Source: an uncultured delta proteobacterium
GTDB lineage: Bacteria; Desulfobacterota; Binatia; UBA9968
Direction of reading: 5' to 3'
DNA length: 64,000 bases
Assembly (NCBI GenBank): GCA_963728565.1
Contig: CAVSLC010000018.1
Span: forward strand, 64,001-128,000
Part shown: piece by piece, positions 49,071 to 59,807 of the stretch
Layout of the letters: each line of letters starts with the position of its first letter
How positions within the stretch are numbered: position 1 is the stretch's first letter
The notes under the pieces: model-generated
What the model saw: the letters and a program-made list of their open reading frames with translations, nothing else
Databases searched by the model: none
What the model was told of the DNA's origin: nothing
Position numbers and translations under genes: made by a program

Positions 49071-50399
49071 ATGAAACCTGTTTTTTCATTACGGCAGGAT
49101 GCCCGAGAAATATTCAATGCGGCGTTAACGGCGGCAGACGCGGCTAAAGCTGTTTCACATCATCTCAGAGTCGCTGGCGACGCTATCGATATCGCCGGTC
49201 GGCTTTATTCCCTGCGCGGTTATAAACGACTTTTCGTCATCGGCGCGGGGAAAGGTTCCGCTCTGATGTGTCGCGCTCTCGTAGAATTGATAGGAGATTG
49301 GCTTTACGGCGGAACCATTATAGCAAAATATGGCTATGCGGTCGCGATGAAGAAAATCGCGATCATCGAAGCCGGCCACCCGATTCCAGACGAGAATGGA
49401 CTGCGAGCCACAGAACGGATAGTCCGCTTGTTGCGGCAGACCACGAGCGACGATCTAGTGATAAATCTAATCTCCGGTGGCGGCTCGGCTTTGTTATGCA
49501 GTCCAGCAGACGGTATTTCTTTTCACGAGAAACAGGAGATCACACGCCGCCTGTTAAGCTGCGGTGCGCCGATCGGCGAAATCAACGCGATCAGAAAGCA
49601 CATCTCAAAAGTTAAAGGCGGCCGACTCGCCAGACTTGCTTATCCATCGACGCTGATCTCGTTGATATTGTCAGACGTGGTCGGAGACTCGATCTCAGAC
49701 ATCGCTTCGGGTCCCACAGCGCCGGATCCAAGCACGTTCTTTGAGTGTCAGGTCATTCTTGAAAGGTATAAGCTCCGAACAGAGAAAGCCGTCTCGATCG
49801 CTAGATTCATCGACAAGGGCAGGGCGCGAGAGATCGAAGAAACTCCCAAGCCCGGCGATCCTATATTCAGTAACGTTATGAATGTGGTGGTCGGCAGTAA
49901 TCGTCTGGCGGTCATCGGCGCGAAAGAGCAGGCCGAACGCTTAGGATATACTGTCAAGGTGATCGATAAGCTAGCTGAAGGTGAGGCGACTGAACTAGCC
50001 GTGGCTCATGCCGCAATCGCCAAAAAAATTTATCACTCGGGGACGGTTCGGCGACCCGCTTGCGTCATCTCGGGAGGCGAGGCAACCGTCACGCTCCGGG
50101 GCGATGGGTTGGGCGGACGCAATCAAGAATTCGCGCTTGCGACCGCGCTGGAGATTGATGGTTTGGATGGCGTCGTCGCACTGATCGGCGCTACCGACGG
50201 CAGCGACGGCCCCACCGAGGCGGCAGGTGGGATCGTCGATGGCGGCACTGTTCGCAGGGGTGAAACTAAGGGTCTCGATGCGCGGGACTACCTCAGCAGA
50301 AACGACTCCTACCATTATCTGAAGGCAACGGATGATCTGCTAGTGACCGGACCGACCTTTACAAATGTGATGGATCTCCGCCTTTTGATCATTGATTAG
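49071..50399 (+). CDS. Glycerate kinase type 2 (MOFRL/TtuD family)
   Basis: GAGK, AGHPIPD, ISGGGSAL, SGPT, GGRNQE, TDGSDG, TGPTFTNVMD. Confidence 0.93.
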   Translation: MKPVFSLRQDAREIFNAALTAADAAKAVSHHLRVAGDAIDIAGRLYSLRGYKRLFVIGAGKGSALMCRALVELIGDWLYGGTIIAKYGYAVAMKKIAIIEAGHPIPDENGLRATERIVRLLRQTTSDDLVINLISGGGSALLCSPADGISFHEKQEITRRLLSCGAPIGEINAIRKHISKVKGGRLARLAYPSTLISLILSDVVGDSISDIASGPTAPDPSTFFECQVILERYKLRTEKAVSIARFIDKGRAREIEETPKPGDPIFSNVMNVVVGSNRLAVIGAKEQAERLGYTVKVIDKLAEGEATELAVAHAAIAKKIYHSGTVRRPACVISGGEATVTLRGDGLGGRNQEFALATALEIDGLDGVVALIGATDGSDGPTEAAGGIVDGGTVRRGETKGLDARDYLSRNDSYHYLKATDDLLVTGPTFTNVMDLRLLIID

Positions 50400-50614
50400 G
50401 GAGCTGGATTAAGCGAAAGTCATGCGAATTATTATTTGAGCGCTGTTTCACCACGCAAATTGGGACTTGTCGACATGACTCTTAAGGGCATTCGCAGCGG
50501 GCGCTTTCACAAAACGGGTTGATTTCGAATCCGTTCATGATTAAAGTGCCCGTTTCCTGGTAATCCGGTGTACGGATCAGGACCGCGACTCAAAATAATT
50601 GCCGGGAGTTGAAA

Positions 50615-50830
50615 ATGATTGATGTGAGTTTGCGCGGAGTCAGATGCCGGGCGGCGCAAGAAATTCTTGATACCGACGGCACGGTTGATATCGCCACCGA
50701 GGGAACAATCGTCTATGAACTCGAGGGTGAAGGCGGGCAGCTCGTGAGTGTCCAATGGGACACCGGAACAACTTGTTTAGTTTCTTCCGAGGAGATCGAA
50801 ATCACCGACACCAGTGTCAGCTGGCAGTAA
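50615..50830 (+). CDS. Small hypothetical all-beta (SH3-like) protein
   Basis: ~71 aa, GTIVYE...VSVQWDTG pattern; purine-rich GGGAG upstream. Confidence 0.5.
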   Translation: MIDVSLRGVRCRAAQEILDTDGTVDIATEGTIVYELEGEGGQLVSVQWDTGTTCLVSSEEIEITDTSVSWQ

Positions 50831-50894
50831 TCACATCTGGTGGCAAGTTGGAGCGGCATGGTCAAGCTGTCGCTTAGATTGCCACGGAGCTCTA

Positions 50895-53331
50895 TCATGA
50901 CGCGGGACTCGGTAGTTTAATTGCCAGCTTTTGCGCTAGATCTTCAAAAATAGTTAGCCATTCTTCTGCTGTTTGCTCGCCTTCGATGTGACGCTTTTGC
51001 ATCTGCAGATAAACCGATTGCATCAAAACATAAAAAATGTTCTGCACTCGCCATAGATCGACTGGAAAAGGCAGCTTGGCGAGTAACCCAGTTGCCTCCC
51101 GGAGTTCCCGCAGGACAGACACCGTCGGTGTTCGCGCTAAGCAATTGGCCAACCGTTCCAAATTCTGCCGATAGGCGAACTCCAAAGTAGGCGCATCGAG
51201 CGTTACCCCAGCTATTTTCGCGGACTCCAATAAAGCAGTGACACGTTCGGAACTGACCTTTCGCTTTTGAAGCGCCCGGCGCAAATCGCCATTGAGTACC
51301 AGCTCTGCGGCCGCTGTAAAGGCCCTCGGTAGCGGAATCTGCAGATCCGTCAGGTAGCGCATGACCGGCCCGCGTTGCTCGTAGATTTGCCGGTATAATG
51401 TCTCGGTTTGGCCCAAAGCCGAAGCTAAAATATTTTCAACTACGGTTCTCTGTTCTTCCCGGAAAAGCGATCGCAGAGAGTAATTCGACTCACCAAAGCA
51501 GCGATCCATGACCCGAATCACTTCAGCGAAATCTGCGCGAGTGAATGAAGCGACCGATTCACCGACCAGGCTTTGGTAGAGTCTATCCGGCATGAACTCC
51601 TGAACTCCACCGTTTACGTTGTGGTCGCCCATGTGCAGCACTCCAAAGCTCAGCATCGATGATTCCATAGTGATTTCGCTGGTTAGCTTTACCCGGCCGA
51701 CGGCTAGTCTAGCTATGCCGGCGTTGAAGACCTGATAATCGTCGCGTTCTGCCCGAAAGCAGTAGATTGAAGTTTTGTCCGGGTAGCTTTCAAACAGTGA
51801 GCGTACCGCGTAATGCGCGCCGATTCGCTCCCAGTTGATCATTGCCGTGCGCACGAGCTGGTAATAAATCTCTCTTCCCCCGCCGCGGTCCGATAGATTG
51901 CTCCTTGCAACAGATAGCCTCTCAACAAACTGAGACTCAGGGGAGTCGCCGAACAACTCCTGGCTCAATTGTACAACCCGCGCGGCATACTGAATGATTT
52001 GCACGGTTTCTATCCCGAATAGATCATCGAAGAACCAACCGCAGCTGGTATACATCAGCATGGCATGCCGCTGAAGCTCAAGCAGCTTGAGCACGGTCAC
52101 TCTGGCGCTGGCGTCGAGCGGACCAATCGCATGACGTGAAAAGAAGCGCTCGACGATTTCGGCCGCTCGGTTGTGGACGACATCTATATAATCGTCGCGG
52201 GCTGCCCAAGGATCCTTCAAAAACTTGCCGGCTTGTGTCTCGAAAGATTCTGAAAGCGAGTCGCGCAACCAATCCAACGCGTTGCGCAGCGGTGTTCGCC
52301 ACTCCTGATTCCAGTTCGGATGCGCGCCCGTATTGCAGCCGCAGCTGCTCCACCACCGATCGATGCCATGGAAACAACTCCAGGAGCTTTTTTCGATGAT
52401 TTCAACTTGTTGGGTCGGCGGGTGCCGCTCCAGGTATTCGCCATAGTTGGTCAGCCGCGCCAACTTCTTGGCTTCGATTTGGTTCAGGGCATAAGCCAAG
52501 GCCATGTCACCGAAACGATGATGATGTCCATAGCTCTCGCCGTCGGTTGCGATATGTACCAGTTGCGGCCAGACGCCGTTGATCCGAAAATGCGCCGACG
52601 AGTCTATCCGCAAGATGATCACCGCGCGTCAGTAAACCTTCAAAAGCTACGGCCCGCGCAATCGGTCCGTCATAAAAAAATAGTCCAATGCTTTTACCGG
52701 AAGCTAGCTGTTGTAGGTAGGGCCGAGTCGGATCAATTTTTGCTCCAGTCACATCCTGCCATAGCCGCGCGCCGGCACGCTGCACTCGCGACGCCTGGTG
52801 CGGCGCAAGGATCGTAAAGCGAATCCCTTCTTCCGCCAAAATCTGCAGTGTTTCCAAATCCACCGCCGTCTCCGGCAACCAAATTCCTTCGGGCCTGCGC
52901 TTGAAACGGCGTTCGAAATCACCGATCCCCCAGAGAACTTGTGTCCGTCGATCTCGCCGGCTGGCGAGCGGCAATATGATGTGGTTGTAAGGTTGAGCGA
53001 TCGCTGAGCCATGGCCGGTAAACTTGTGCATGCTCAGACGATCCGCGGATAAGATTGCTTCGTAAACTTCCGGTTCGTTGTTCTCTAGCCACTGAAGCAA
53101 AGTCGGGCCGAAATTGAAACTGATTCTAGAGTAGTTGTTGACTAGCTGAACGATTTGACCCTGATCGTCCAGGATACGCGCTACGGCATTGGGCGCATAA
53201 CATTCAGCGGTGATGCGCTGATTCCAATCGTGGTAGGGATAGGCGGAATCCTGGAGCTCGATTGTTTCCAACCAGGCATTTTCTCGCGGCGGCTGATAAA
53301 AGTGTCCGTGAATGCAAACGTATCGTTCCAT
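50895..53331 (-). pseudogene. GH57 / DUF3536 glycoside hydrolase with one +1 frameshift (~52575); pseudogene or sequencing error
   Basis: HGHFYQPPREN, SFNFGPTLL, WLPETAVD in one frame; WPQLVHIATDGESYGHH, SWSC, MYTSCGWFF in the next. Confidence 0.85.
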
Positions 53332-53455
53332 TTAGTTGATCCGATTTGAATGATGAATGCGGGATGACATGTCAAGAAGAGTCAGCCAGGTGAAAGGAAC
53401 GTTCTAATAGGAGAAACTGGGCAAGAGCGATGTTTCCGACCGAGTTACGCTGACA

Positions 53456-54703
53456 TCAGGGGTTGGTCATGATCCAGCTGGACTTGCGTTCACCTCGAGC
53501 CACCACGACAATACCGGTTTCCGAGACGAAATAATGCTCCTTATCATGGGCGGCATCGTAGCCAATCTGGGTTCCTGAGGGGATGACATTGGACTTGTCG
53601 ATGATAGCATTGCGAATCTTGCAGTTACGACCAATCTCCACCCAATCCATAATCACCGAATCGTCGATTTCGCTATAGCTATGAACCCTAACATTTCTAC
53701 CGACGACACAATTTCGTACCAAGCTTCCACTCACTATGGTTCCTTCCGACACGATGGAGTTGAGCGCCATGCCTTTGCGATCGTACCAATCAAAAACAAA
53801 TTTGGCCGGCGGATCGCCGGATCCCACCGTGCGCAACGGCCAACTCCGGTTGTAAAGATTGAATGATGGGTCCACCGAGCATAAATCCATATTAGCTTCG
53901 TAGTACGCTTCGATGGTTCCGAGATCACGCCAATAACTGGCTTCCTCTCCCTTGAAGGGAACCGGTACACGATTCCTGCGAAAATCATAGGCGAAAACTT
54001 TTTGATCCTTAATGAGTTCCGGGAGCAGATTCCGCCCGAAATCGTGAACGCTGCGGTTGTTCTTGGCATCGGCGATGAGAGCGGGAACCAGCACATCGGT
54101 ATTGAACAGATAATTGCCCATCGAGACCAGCGCATAGTCCGGCTCGCCTGGAATAGATTTTGGCCGAATCGGCTTTTCATCAAAGCCGACGATGCGCCAA
54201 TCCGCGTCCACTTCAATGACACCAAACGCGCTGGCCTCGTTAATTTTCACCGGTAGCGCGGCGACTGTAGTCGCGGCATTCCTCCGCTGGTGTTCGTCGA
54301 TCATCTGCCGGATGTTCATTCGATAAATGTGATCGGCGCCGAAAATTGCCACTACCCTCGGGTTGTGCCGTTCAATCAGATAGAGATTCTGGTACACGGA
54401 GTCTGCAGTGCCCTGGTACCATTCGAAGCCCATGCGCATTTGGGCCGGCACGGCGGTGACGAAATGCTCGCCCAGGAAATCGGTGCTGCGCCACCCTCGG
54501 TCGAGGTGTTCGAGCAGGGACTGCGCTTTGAATTGGGTCAAAACATAGATCGATAGAATGCCCGAGTTAACGAAGTTTGAAAGAACGAAGTCGATGATCC
54601 GATATCTTCCGCCGAACGGCACGGCGGGCTTGGCTCGATCCTGAGTTAAAGGAAAAAGCCGTTCTCCTCTACCCCCGGCTAGCACAACTCCTAGAACGTA
54701 CAT
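53456..54703 (-). CDS. glgC: Glucose-1-phosphate adenylyltransferase
   Basis: LAGGRGERL, RAKPAVPFGG, WYQGTAD, GADHIY, SMGNY, YWRDLGT. Confidence 0.97.
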   Translation of the reverse strand: MYVLGVVLAGGRGERLFPLTQDRAKPAVPFGGRYRIIDFVLSNFVNSGILSIYVLTQFKAQSLLEHLDRGWRSTDFLGEHFVTAVPAQMRMGFEWYQGTADSVYQNLYLIERHNPRVVAIFGADHIYRMNIRQMIDEHQRRNAATTVAALPVKINEASAFGVIEVDADWRIVGFDEKPIRPKSIPGEPDYALVSMGNYLFNTDVLVPALIADAKNNRSVHDFGRNLLPELIKDQKVFAYDFRRNRVPVPFKGEEASYWRDLGTIEAYYEANMDLCSVDPSFNLYNRSWPLRTVGSGDPPAKFVFDWYDRKGMALNSIVSEGTIVSGSLVRNCVVGRNVRVHSYSEIDDSVIMDWVEIGRNCKIRNAIIDKSNVIPSGTQIGYDAAHDKEHYFVSETGIVVVARGERKSSWIMTNP

Positions 54704-54723
54704 TGATCGCCTCGTATCCCGGC

Positions 54724-56181
54724 TTAAGCCAGCAGCTCTTGATAAATCTTGCTATACGCGCGCGCGGAACGATCCCATGAGAAATCCATCGTCATCGCTC
54801 GGCGCTGCAACGCAATCCAGGATTTCTTGTCGGAAAATAGCTCCAAGACACGATCAATCGTTTTCAGAAGCTCCTGCGCTTCGTAGGCTTCGAACACAAA
54901 GCCGGTGCCGGCTGATCGCTCGGCGTTGTAATCTTCTACCGAATCCTTCAAGCCGCCAACGGCGCGCACGATCGGAATTGTACCATATTTTAAACTGAAC
55001 ATCTGATTCAATCCGCAGGGTTCAAAGAGCGAAGGCATCAGAAAGATGTCGGCGCCGGCTTCAATCTGGTGCGCTAGCGCTTCATCGAATCCAATGCGTA
55101 CTCCCACCTTGCCTGGGAATTGCGCCGCTGCACGACGAAAAAAATTTTCATAGCGGCTTTCACCGGTTCCCAACAATACAAATTGCACATCTCGTTGGAT
55201 CAGCGTTGCGAAAATTTTTTCGACGAGGTCAACGCCTTTTTGCGAGGTCAACCGCGAAATCATGCCAAACAGAGGCAAGCCGGGTTTAATCGCCAGCCCC
55301 ATAGTCCGCTGCAGGTTGTCTTTGCAAAGTCGCTTACCGTCGAGACTGTGGTCGCTATACTGCTTGGCAATAAGTGGATCGACCGCGGGATTCCATTGAT
55401 TGTAGTCGACGCCGTTCAAAATGCCGATGAGATCGTTCGCTCGCTGCTGGAGCACGCCTTCAAGCCCGAATCCCTGCTCCCTCGTCTTGATCTCGGCAGC
55501 GTGAGTCGGACTCACGGTGGTTATCTTGTCGGCAAAGACGAGACCTCCCTTTAGAAGACTAAAATCCTGGTAAAACTCAAGGTAGGCGGGGCTGAAGAGA
55601 TACTCGTCAAGATTCAAATAATGCCAGTCTGGGCGCCAAAAATTCCCCTGAAACGCGATGTTGTGCACGGTTAAAACTGTTTTCGCCGAGGCGATCTCCG
55701 GGTACCGCAATGGTTGCGTCCTTAAGAATACCGGCGCTAGCGCCGTCTGCCAGTCATGGCAGTGAACGACCTCTACATTCTCATGACGCAAGATCTCCAA
55801 TGCGCTACGGGTGAAAAAAACAAATCGGGCAAGATTATCGGAATAATCGCCTTGATTTGTGCCGTACAGAGATTCGCGATCGAAATAACGGTCGGCGCGA
55901 ACTAAGTAAACAATCACGTCACGTCCCAATCCGGTTTTCAGGATGGTAGCCGTTTCCTGTCGATCTGAAACAGGAACGGAGACGTCCAGCGGTACGTCCG
56001 TCAAAGCGAAGCCGCCCTGGAGAGTCGAGCGATAAGCCGGCATGATCAAGCAAAGCTTGTGTCCGAGTTGTTCCAGAGCAACTGATAAACTTCCGACCAC
56101 GTCGGCCAAACCTCCGGTTTTAGCGAATGGAGAAATCTCAGATGATATTACGCCAATTTTCATATGATCTCTCGATGTCAC
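54724..56181 (-). CDS. glgA: Glycogen synthase
   Basis: PFAKTGGLAD, HCHDWQ, SRLTSQKG, MPSLFEPCGLNQ; start may be ATG 56163. Confidence 0.97.
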   Translation of the reverse strand: MTSRDHMKIGVISSEISPFAKTGGLADVVGSLSVALEQLGHKLCLIMPAYRSTLQGGFALTDVPLDVSVPVSDRQETATILKTGLGRDVIVYLVRADRYFDRESLYGTNQGDYSDNLARFVFFTRSALEILRHENVEVVHCHDWQTALAPVFLRTQPLRYPEIASAKTVLTVHNIAFQGNFWRPDWHYLNLDEYLFSPAYLEFYQDFSLLKGGLVFADKITTVSPTHAAEIKTREQGFGLEGVLQQRANDLIGILNGVDYNQWNPAVDPLIAKQYSDHSLDGKRLCKDNLQRTMGLAIKPGLPLFGMISRLTSQKGVDLVEKIFATLIQRDVQFVLLGTGESRYENFFRRAAAQFPGKVGVRIGFDEALAHQIEAGADIFLMPSLFEPCGLNQMFSLKYGTIPIVRAVGGLKDSVEDYNAERSAGTGFVFEAYEAQELLKTIDRVLELFSDKKSWIALQRRAMTMDFSWDRSARAYSKIYQELLA

Positions 56182-56565
56182 GTGCTCGTTTTAGTGTCAT
56201 CGCGCAGTAGCCGCAGCGAGATGTCTCTTTATTGGTCCACTGAAGATGCAAGCTTGACTGCTATCGCTTTACCTTGCGGCCTCGTGGAATTTCTGTTCCG
56301 CAAATCTATTCTGTCTTGAATCTCTTTCTCGCGCTATAACTTTAAAGTTTCGTTTCAGTGGTTTGTTCCTGAGTCAACAATGCGGGTCTCCACGAATTGG
56401 CTACCGCCATTGCGGCATACGTGTAAAGCCCACCGATATATTTAGCCAGTTGACTGCCAAACGAAACAGTGGACGCAGAAAGAGAACGACAGAATCAAAC
56501 GATGGTGAACAGCCTGTGAAGAAGGAACAGAGTATGATCATCCATACACGAGCCCTATGTGCCAA

Positions 56566-56585
56566 AAGTGGCCGATCGGCCACTT
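56566..56585. promoter_or_regulatory. Perfect 20-bp palindrome, candidate regulator binding site
   Basis: AAGTGGCCGA|TCGGCCACTT in the divergent glgA / EPS intergenic region. Confidence 0.5.
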
Positions 56586-56757
56586 CTATCCTTTTAACTC
56601 TCATTGCCCGGTATCCGGAACCTCCCTATGTTTCAGGCAAAATCACAATAATACCAGCCTGATTTGGCCGAAATAACGAAGGACTAGGATTCCGAAAAAC
56701 TACCTAAATTGACAAATTTCCATTGCTAAACAAGGACATCTGTGGGAAATTAGGCAG

Positions 56758-56773
56758 TGGCATCGCACTTGCT
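56758..56773 (+). promoter_or_regulatory. sigma-54 -24/-12 promoter of the EPS operon
   Basis: TGGCAT-CGCAC-TTGCT. Confidence 0.75.
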
Positions 56774-56792
56774 CAGTCTTTAGCCTGTCGGG

Positions 56793-57365
56793 GTGTATAG
56801 GATGGAGAATTTGCAACGAGATTGGTATGTCATCTACAGCAAGCCTCATAAGGAGGTACAAGCGCAGTTCCATCTTGGTCTCAAAGGCGTGGAGACTTTC
56901 TTTCCGCGATTACACTTGCCCGGACCGGTTGAAAAACAGAAACGGCTAATCCCGCTGTTTCCCAACTACCTGTTTGCCTGTATCCATCTTCCTACCGAAT
57001 ATCATTCTGTAATTTGGGCGCCCGGCGTTAAAAAGATCGTCTGTTTCAGCGATACGCCGGTCCCGATAGAAGACAGCGTAATTCGCTTTCTTCAGCAGAA
57101 CGCAGATGACAAGGGAGTCATTCAGGCCCGGTCGCAATTACGACGGGGCCAGGAAATTGAAGTAACCGGCGGACCGTTCAATGGTTTGTTGGGGATCATT
57201 CAGGATCCTCCCGATGGCAAAGGGAGGATCAGAATTCTCCTTAAGCTTTTGAGCCGGCAAATAAGCGTGAAACTGGGTATTGAGTTTATCAAGGCAGAGC
57301 ATACTGCCTTCGGCCCGCCAATCCGGGCCAATATAGGGTCTGGTTTCGTTTCAGCCACGAGCTGA
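56793..57365 (+). CDS. NusG/RfaH-paralog antitermination factor
   Basis: WYVIYSKPHKE, PLFPNYLF, KOW GQEIEVTGGPFNG; first gene of the polysaccharide operon; start may be ATG 56802. Confidence 0.9.
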   Translation: MYRMENLQRDWYVIYSKPHKEVQAQFHLGLKGVETFFPRLHLPGPVEKQKRLIPLFPNYLFACIHLPTEYHSVIWAPGVKKIVCFSDTPVPIEDSVIRFLQQNADDKGVIQARSQLRRGQEIEVTGGPFNGLLGIIQDPPDGKGRIRILLKLLSRQISVKLGIEFIKAEHTAFGPPIRANIGSGFVSATS

Positions 57366-57473
57366 AGGACCATTTCCGTTTAGGTGTTTTAAACGAAAGG
57401 ATTTTAACCTGAAGGGCGGAGCTGTATCTATCTACTCCGGCTTTAATATACCCGACGAATTGGAGGATTTGAA

Positions 57474-58217
57474 ATGAAGATAAGTCCGATTATGTCGCGT
57501 TGTATAAATGCACGTTCAGTTTTTTTGTTAGCCGTCTTACTGACTATCGGCTGTTCCAGCCCAGCGTCAAATATCCCGGAGCTCACTCCGGAACGACTGG
57601 TTGCTAAACCCGCTTCCCAGGCTCCGCTCGAGAAGACCTACAAGTTGGTTCCTTATGACCAGATCAACGTGAGATTTACCTACCATCCGGAATCCGATCC
57701 GAAGGCGCCAGTCTCGATCAGACCAGACGGGCAAATCATGCTCGACAACGTGGGTTCGATCCGCGCTGCGGGTTTAACACCGGAGGAATTAGGCAAAGAG
57801 ATAGCCGCCAAAAGTTCGAAACGGCTGCGGGATCCCGAGGTGATCGTTACAGTGTCGCAGTTCACTCCCAGAAAGATCTATGTGGGGGGACAGGTAAAGA
57901 CTCCGGGCATAGTTCAGTTTCAGGGTGACATGACTCCGCTTCAAGCTATTTTCGATCGGGGTGGGTTTACCCCTGAAGCGCAAATTGATAGCGTCATCCT
58001 TATACGCGACACCGGCGCTCCCGAGCCGGTTATAGGACGAATCAACGCGATGCAGAGTTTGGAAGGAGGCGTGCCTGAAAGAATTAGTCTTCTAACAAAC
58101 GACGTTATTTATGTTCCGATGTCGGGGATAAGCACAACTAATCAATGGGTCAAGCAACACCTGCGTGAGATTATGCCAATCGAGCTTTTAGGTCTCGGTT
58201 ATCTATTCGGCAGTTGA
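57474..58217 (+). CDS. wza: Polysaccharide export lipoprotein (Wza-like)
   Basis: Lipobox TIGC, IRPDGQI, AAGLT, IYVGGQVKTPG, GGFT, DVIYVP. Confidence 0.9.
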   Translation: MKISPIMSRCINARSVFLLAVLLTIGCSSPASNIPELTPERLVAKPASQAPLEKTYKLVPYDQINVRFTYHPESDPKAPVSIRPDGQIMLDNVGSIRAAGLTPEELGKEIAAKSSKRLRDPEVIVTVSQFTPRKIYVGGQVKTPGIVQFQGDMTPLQAIFDRGGFTPEAQIDSVILIRDTGAPEPVIGRINAMQSLEGGVPERISLLTNDVIYVPMSGISTTNQWVKQHLREIMPIELLGLGYLFGS

Positions 58218-58259
58218 GAATCGCGAGTGACTTCTGTGGACACTCATTAAGGAACGCTC

Positions 58260-59777
58260 ATGGATTTTCTTCAGGTAGACGGGAAAGAGATTCCTCTCCT
58301 AGAGGCGCCGCAAAAGTATGAAGCCCCGCCTCGACGGATTCTCTACGTTTTGTTCAAGCAAAAGAGACTAGTGTGCGCAATCTTTCTTGGGTTGACGTTG
58401 CCGGCATTCATCTATTTGCTTCTTAAGCCAATCGAGTATACGGCGCGAGCGAAAGTCTTAGTGAAGCCAAGCCGAGAGTTCCTTAATGTTTCACCGAGTG
58501 CCGGGGGCCAAACAGCGCTAAGTCTCTTGCCCTCGGCAGAGATCATAAATACGGAAATTCAGATCATTAAAAGCCCCCAGCTGGCTGAACGGCTGGTGAA
58601 GGATGTGCCGTTTCCGGATAAGGACGGCAATGTGCCGCAAACACTCAGTGATGCTGAAGTGAAAACTCAGGGACGCTGGATGAAATTTATGATCCAGGCA
58701 AATGCAGATAAGAAATCCCCGGTGATCGAAATCAGTATGACCACTCCATACCAGCAGGAGTGGACGGCGAAGGCGGTCAATCGTGCTGCCGAAATCTACC
58801 TGGAAGAACATCTTAAGGTTCATAAGACTCAAGGCATCGGTGAGTTCTATGATGAACAGGAAAAGAAGCTACAGCTGCAATTGACTCAAGCAGAAGAAGC
58901 GCTCCAGGCATTCCAGGCCAAGGAGAATATTATCGACGCTCCGGCTGAGGTGACTGCGGATCTCAACGCATGGGCGATCTTCGACAAGTCTCTGAAGCAA
59001 ACTGAGTCGGAGATCCGGGAAACAGAGCAGAAGGTAGCGATTCTCGATGATCAGCTGAAGCAACAGAAAGCAACGATTTCCTCGGGAACGAACATCACAG
59101 AAAACCCGGTTTATTCGCAAATTCGCAATCGGCTCACAGCACTAGAGCTCGAGAGAGACGGTCTTTTGCAGCGCTACACCCCTGAAGATCGCATGGTCAA
59201 GGACAAGCAGAAGGAAATCGATGATTTAAAGAAAAAGTTAGAAACAGTTAAGCCAACCTCGGTTGGCTCGGAAAACATTAGCCTTAATGATGTGCACCGG
59301 AGAATCCTCAACGAGTTGTTGGGTTCGCGTGTCCAGCTCAAAGCCTTGAATGAGAAGAAAGCCGCATTGACACATCAGGTGCAAAACTATTCTTCGGCTG
59401 CGGCAGATAAAAAGCGCAAAGGTTTCGAATATGACCGTCTGCTGCGCGACGTCAATGTCAAAAAAGCAAACCTCGATCTTTATAAACAAAAAGCCGAAGA
59501 GGCAAGAATTTCCGATGCCATGGATGAGCAGAAATTCAGCAACGCTTATATCTTAGAGCGAGCTAATCCACCGCTAGGCAGGGCAGGCAGAAGTTTTTTG
59601 GTGTTAGCCATGATCACCCTGATAGGTGCAGCAGGGGCAGCAATTGCCGCGGCTTTTGGCATTGAATACTTTAATAGCACCTTGCGGAACGAGGGCGATA
59701 TAGAAGATCAGATCGGCTTGCCGGTGCTGGCAACGATCCAGAGTTATGGTGATTTTAATCCTGCCCCTTTCAAATAA
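58260..59777 (+). CDS. Polysaccharide co-polymerase / chain-length regulator (GumC/Wzc N-terminal-like)
   Basis: Two TMs flanking a long coiled coil, NTEIQIIKS, C-terminal GLPVLATI. Confidence 0.88.
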   Translation: MDFLQVDGKEIPLLEAPQKYEAPPRRILYVLFKQKRLVCAIFLGLTLPAFIYLLLKPIEYTARAKVLVKPSREFLNVSPSAGGQTALSLLPSAEIINTEIQIIKSPQLAERLVKDVPFPDKDGNVPQTLSDAEVKTQGRWMKFMIQANADKKSPVIEISMTTPYQQEWTAKAVNRAAEIYLEEHLKVHKTQGIGEFYDEQEKKLQLQLTQAEEALQAFQAKENIIDAPAEVTADLNAWAIFDKSLKQTESEIRETEQKVAILDDQLKQQKATISSGTNITENPVYSQIRNRLTALELERDGLLQRYTPEDRMVKDKQKEIDDLKKKLETVKPTSVGSENISLNDVHRRILNELLGSRVQLKALNEKKAALTHQVQNYSSAAADKKRKGFEYDRLLRDVNVKKANLDLYKQKAEEARISDAMDEQKFSNAYILERANPPLGRAGRSFLVLAMITLIGAAGAAIAAAFGIEYFNSTLRNEGDIEDQIGLPVLATIQSYGDFNPAPFK

Positions 59778-59807
59778 CTTCATTCTAACTAGGTCACCGG
59801 GGGTTTT

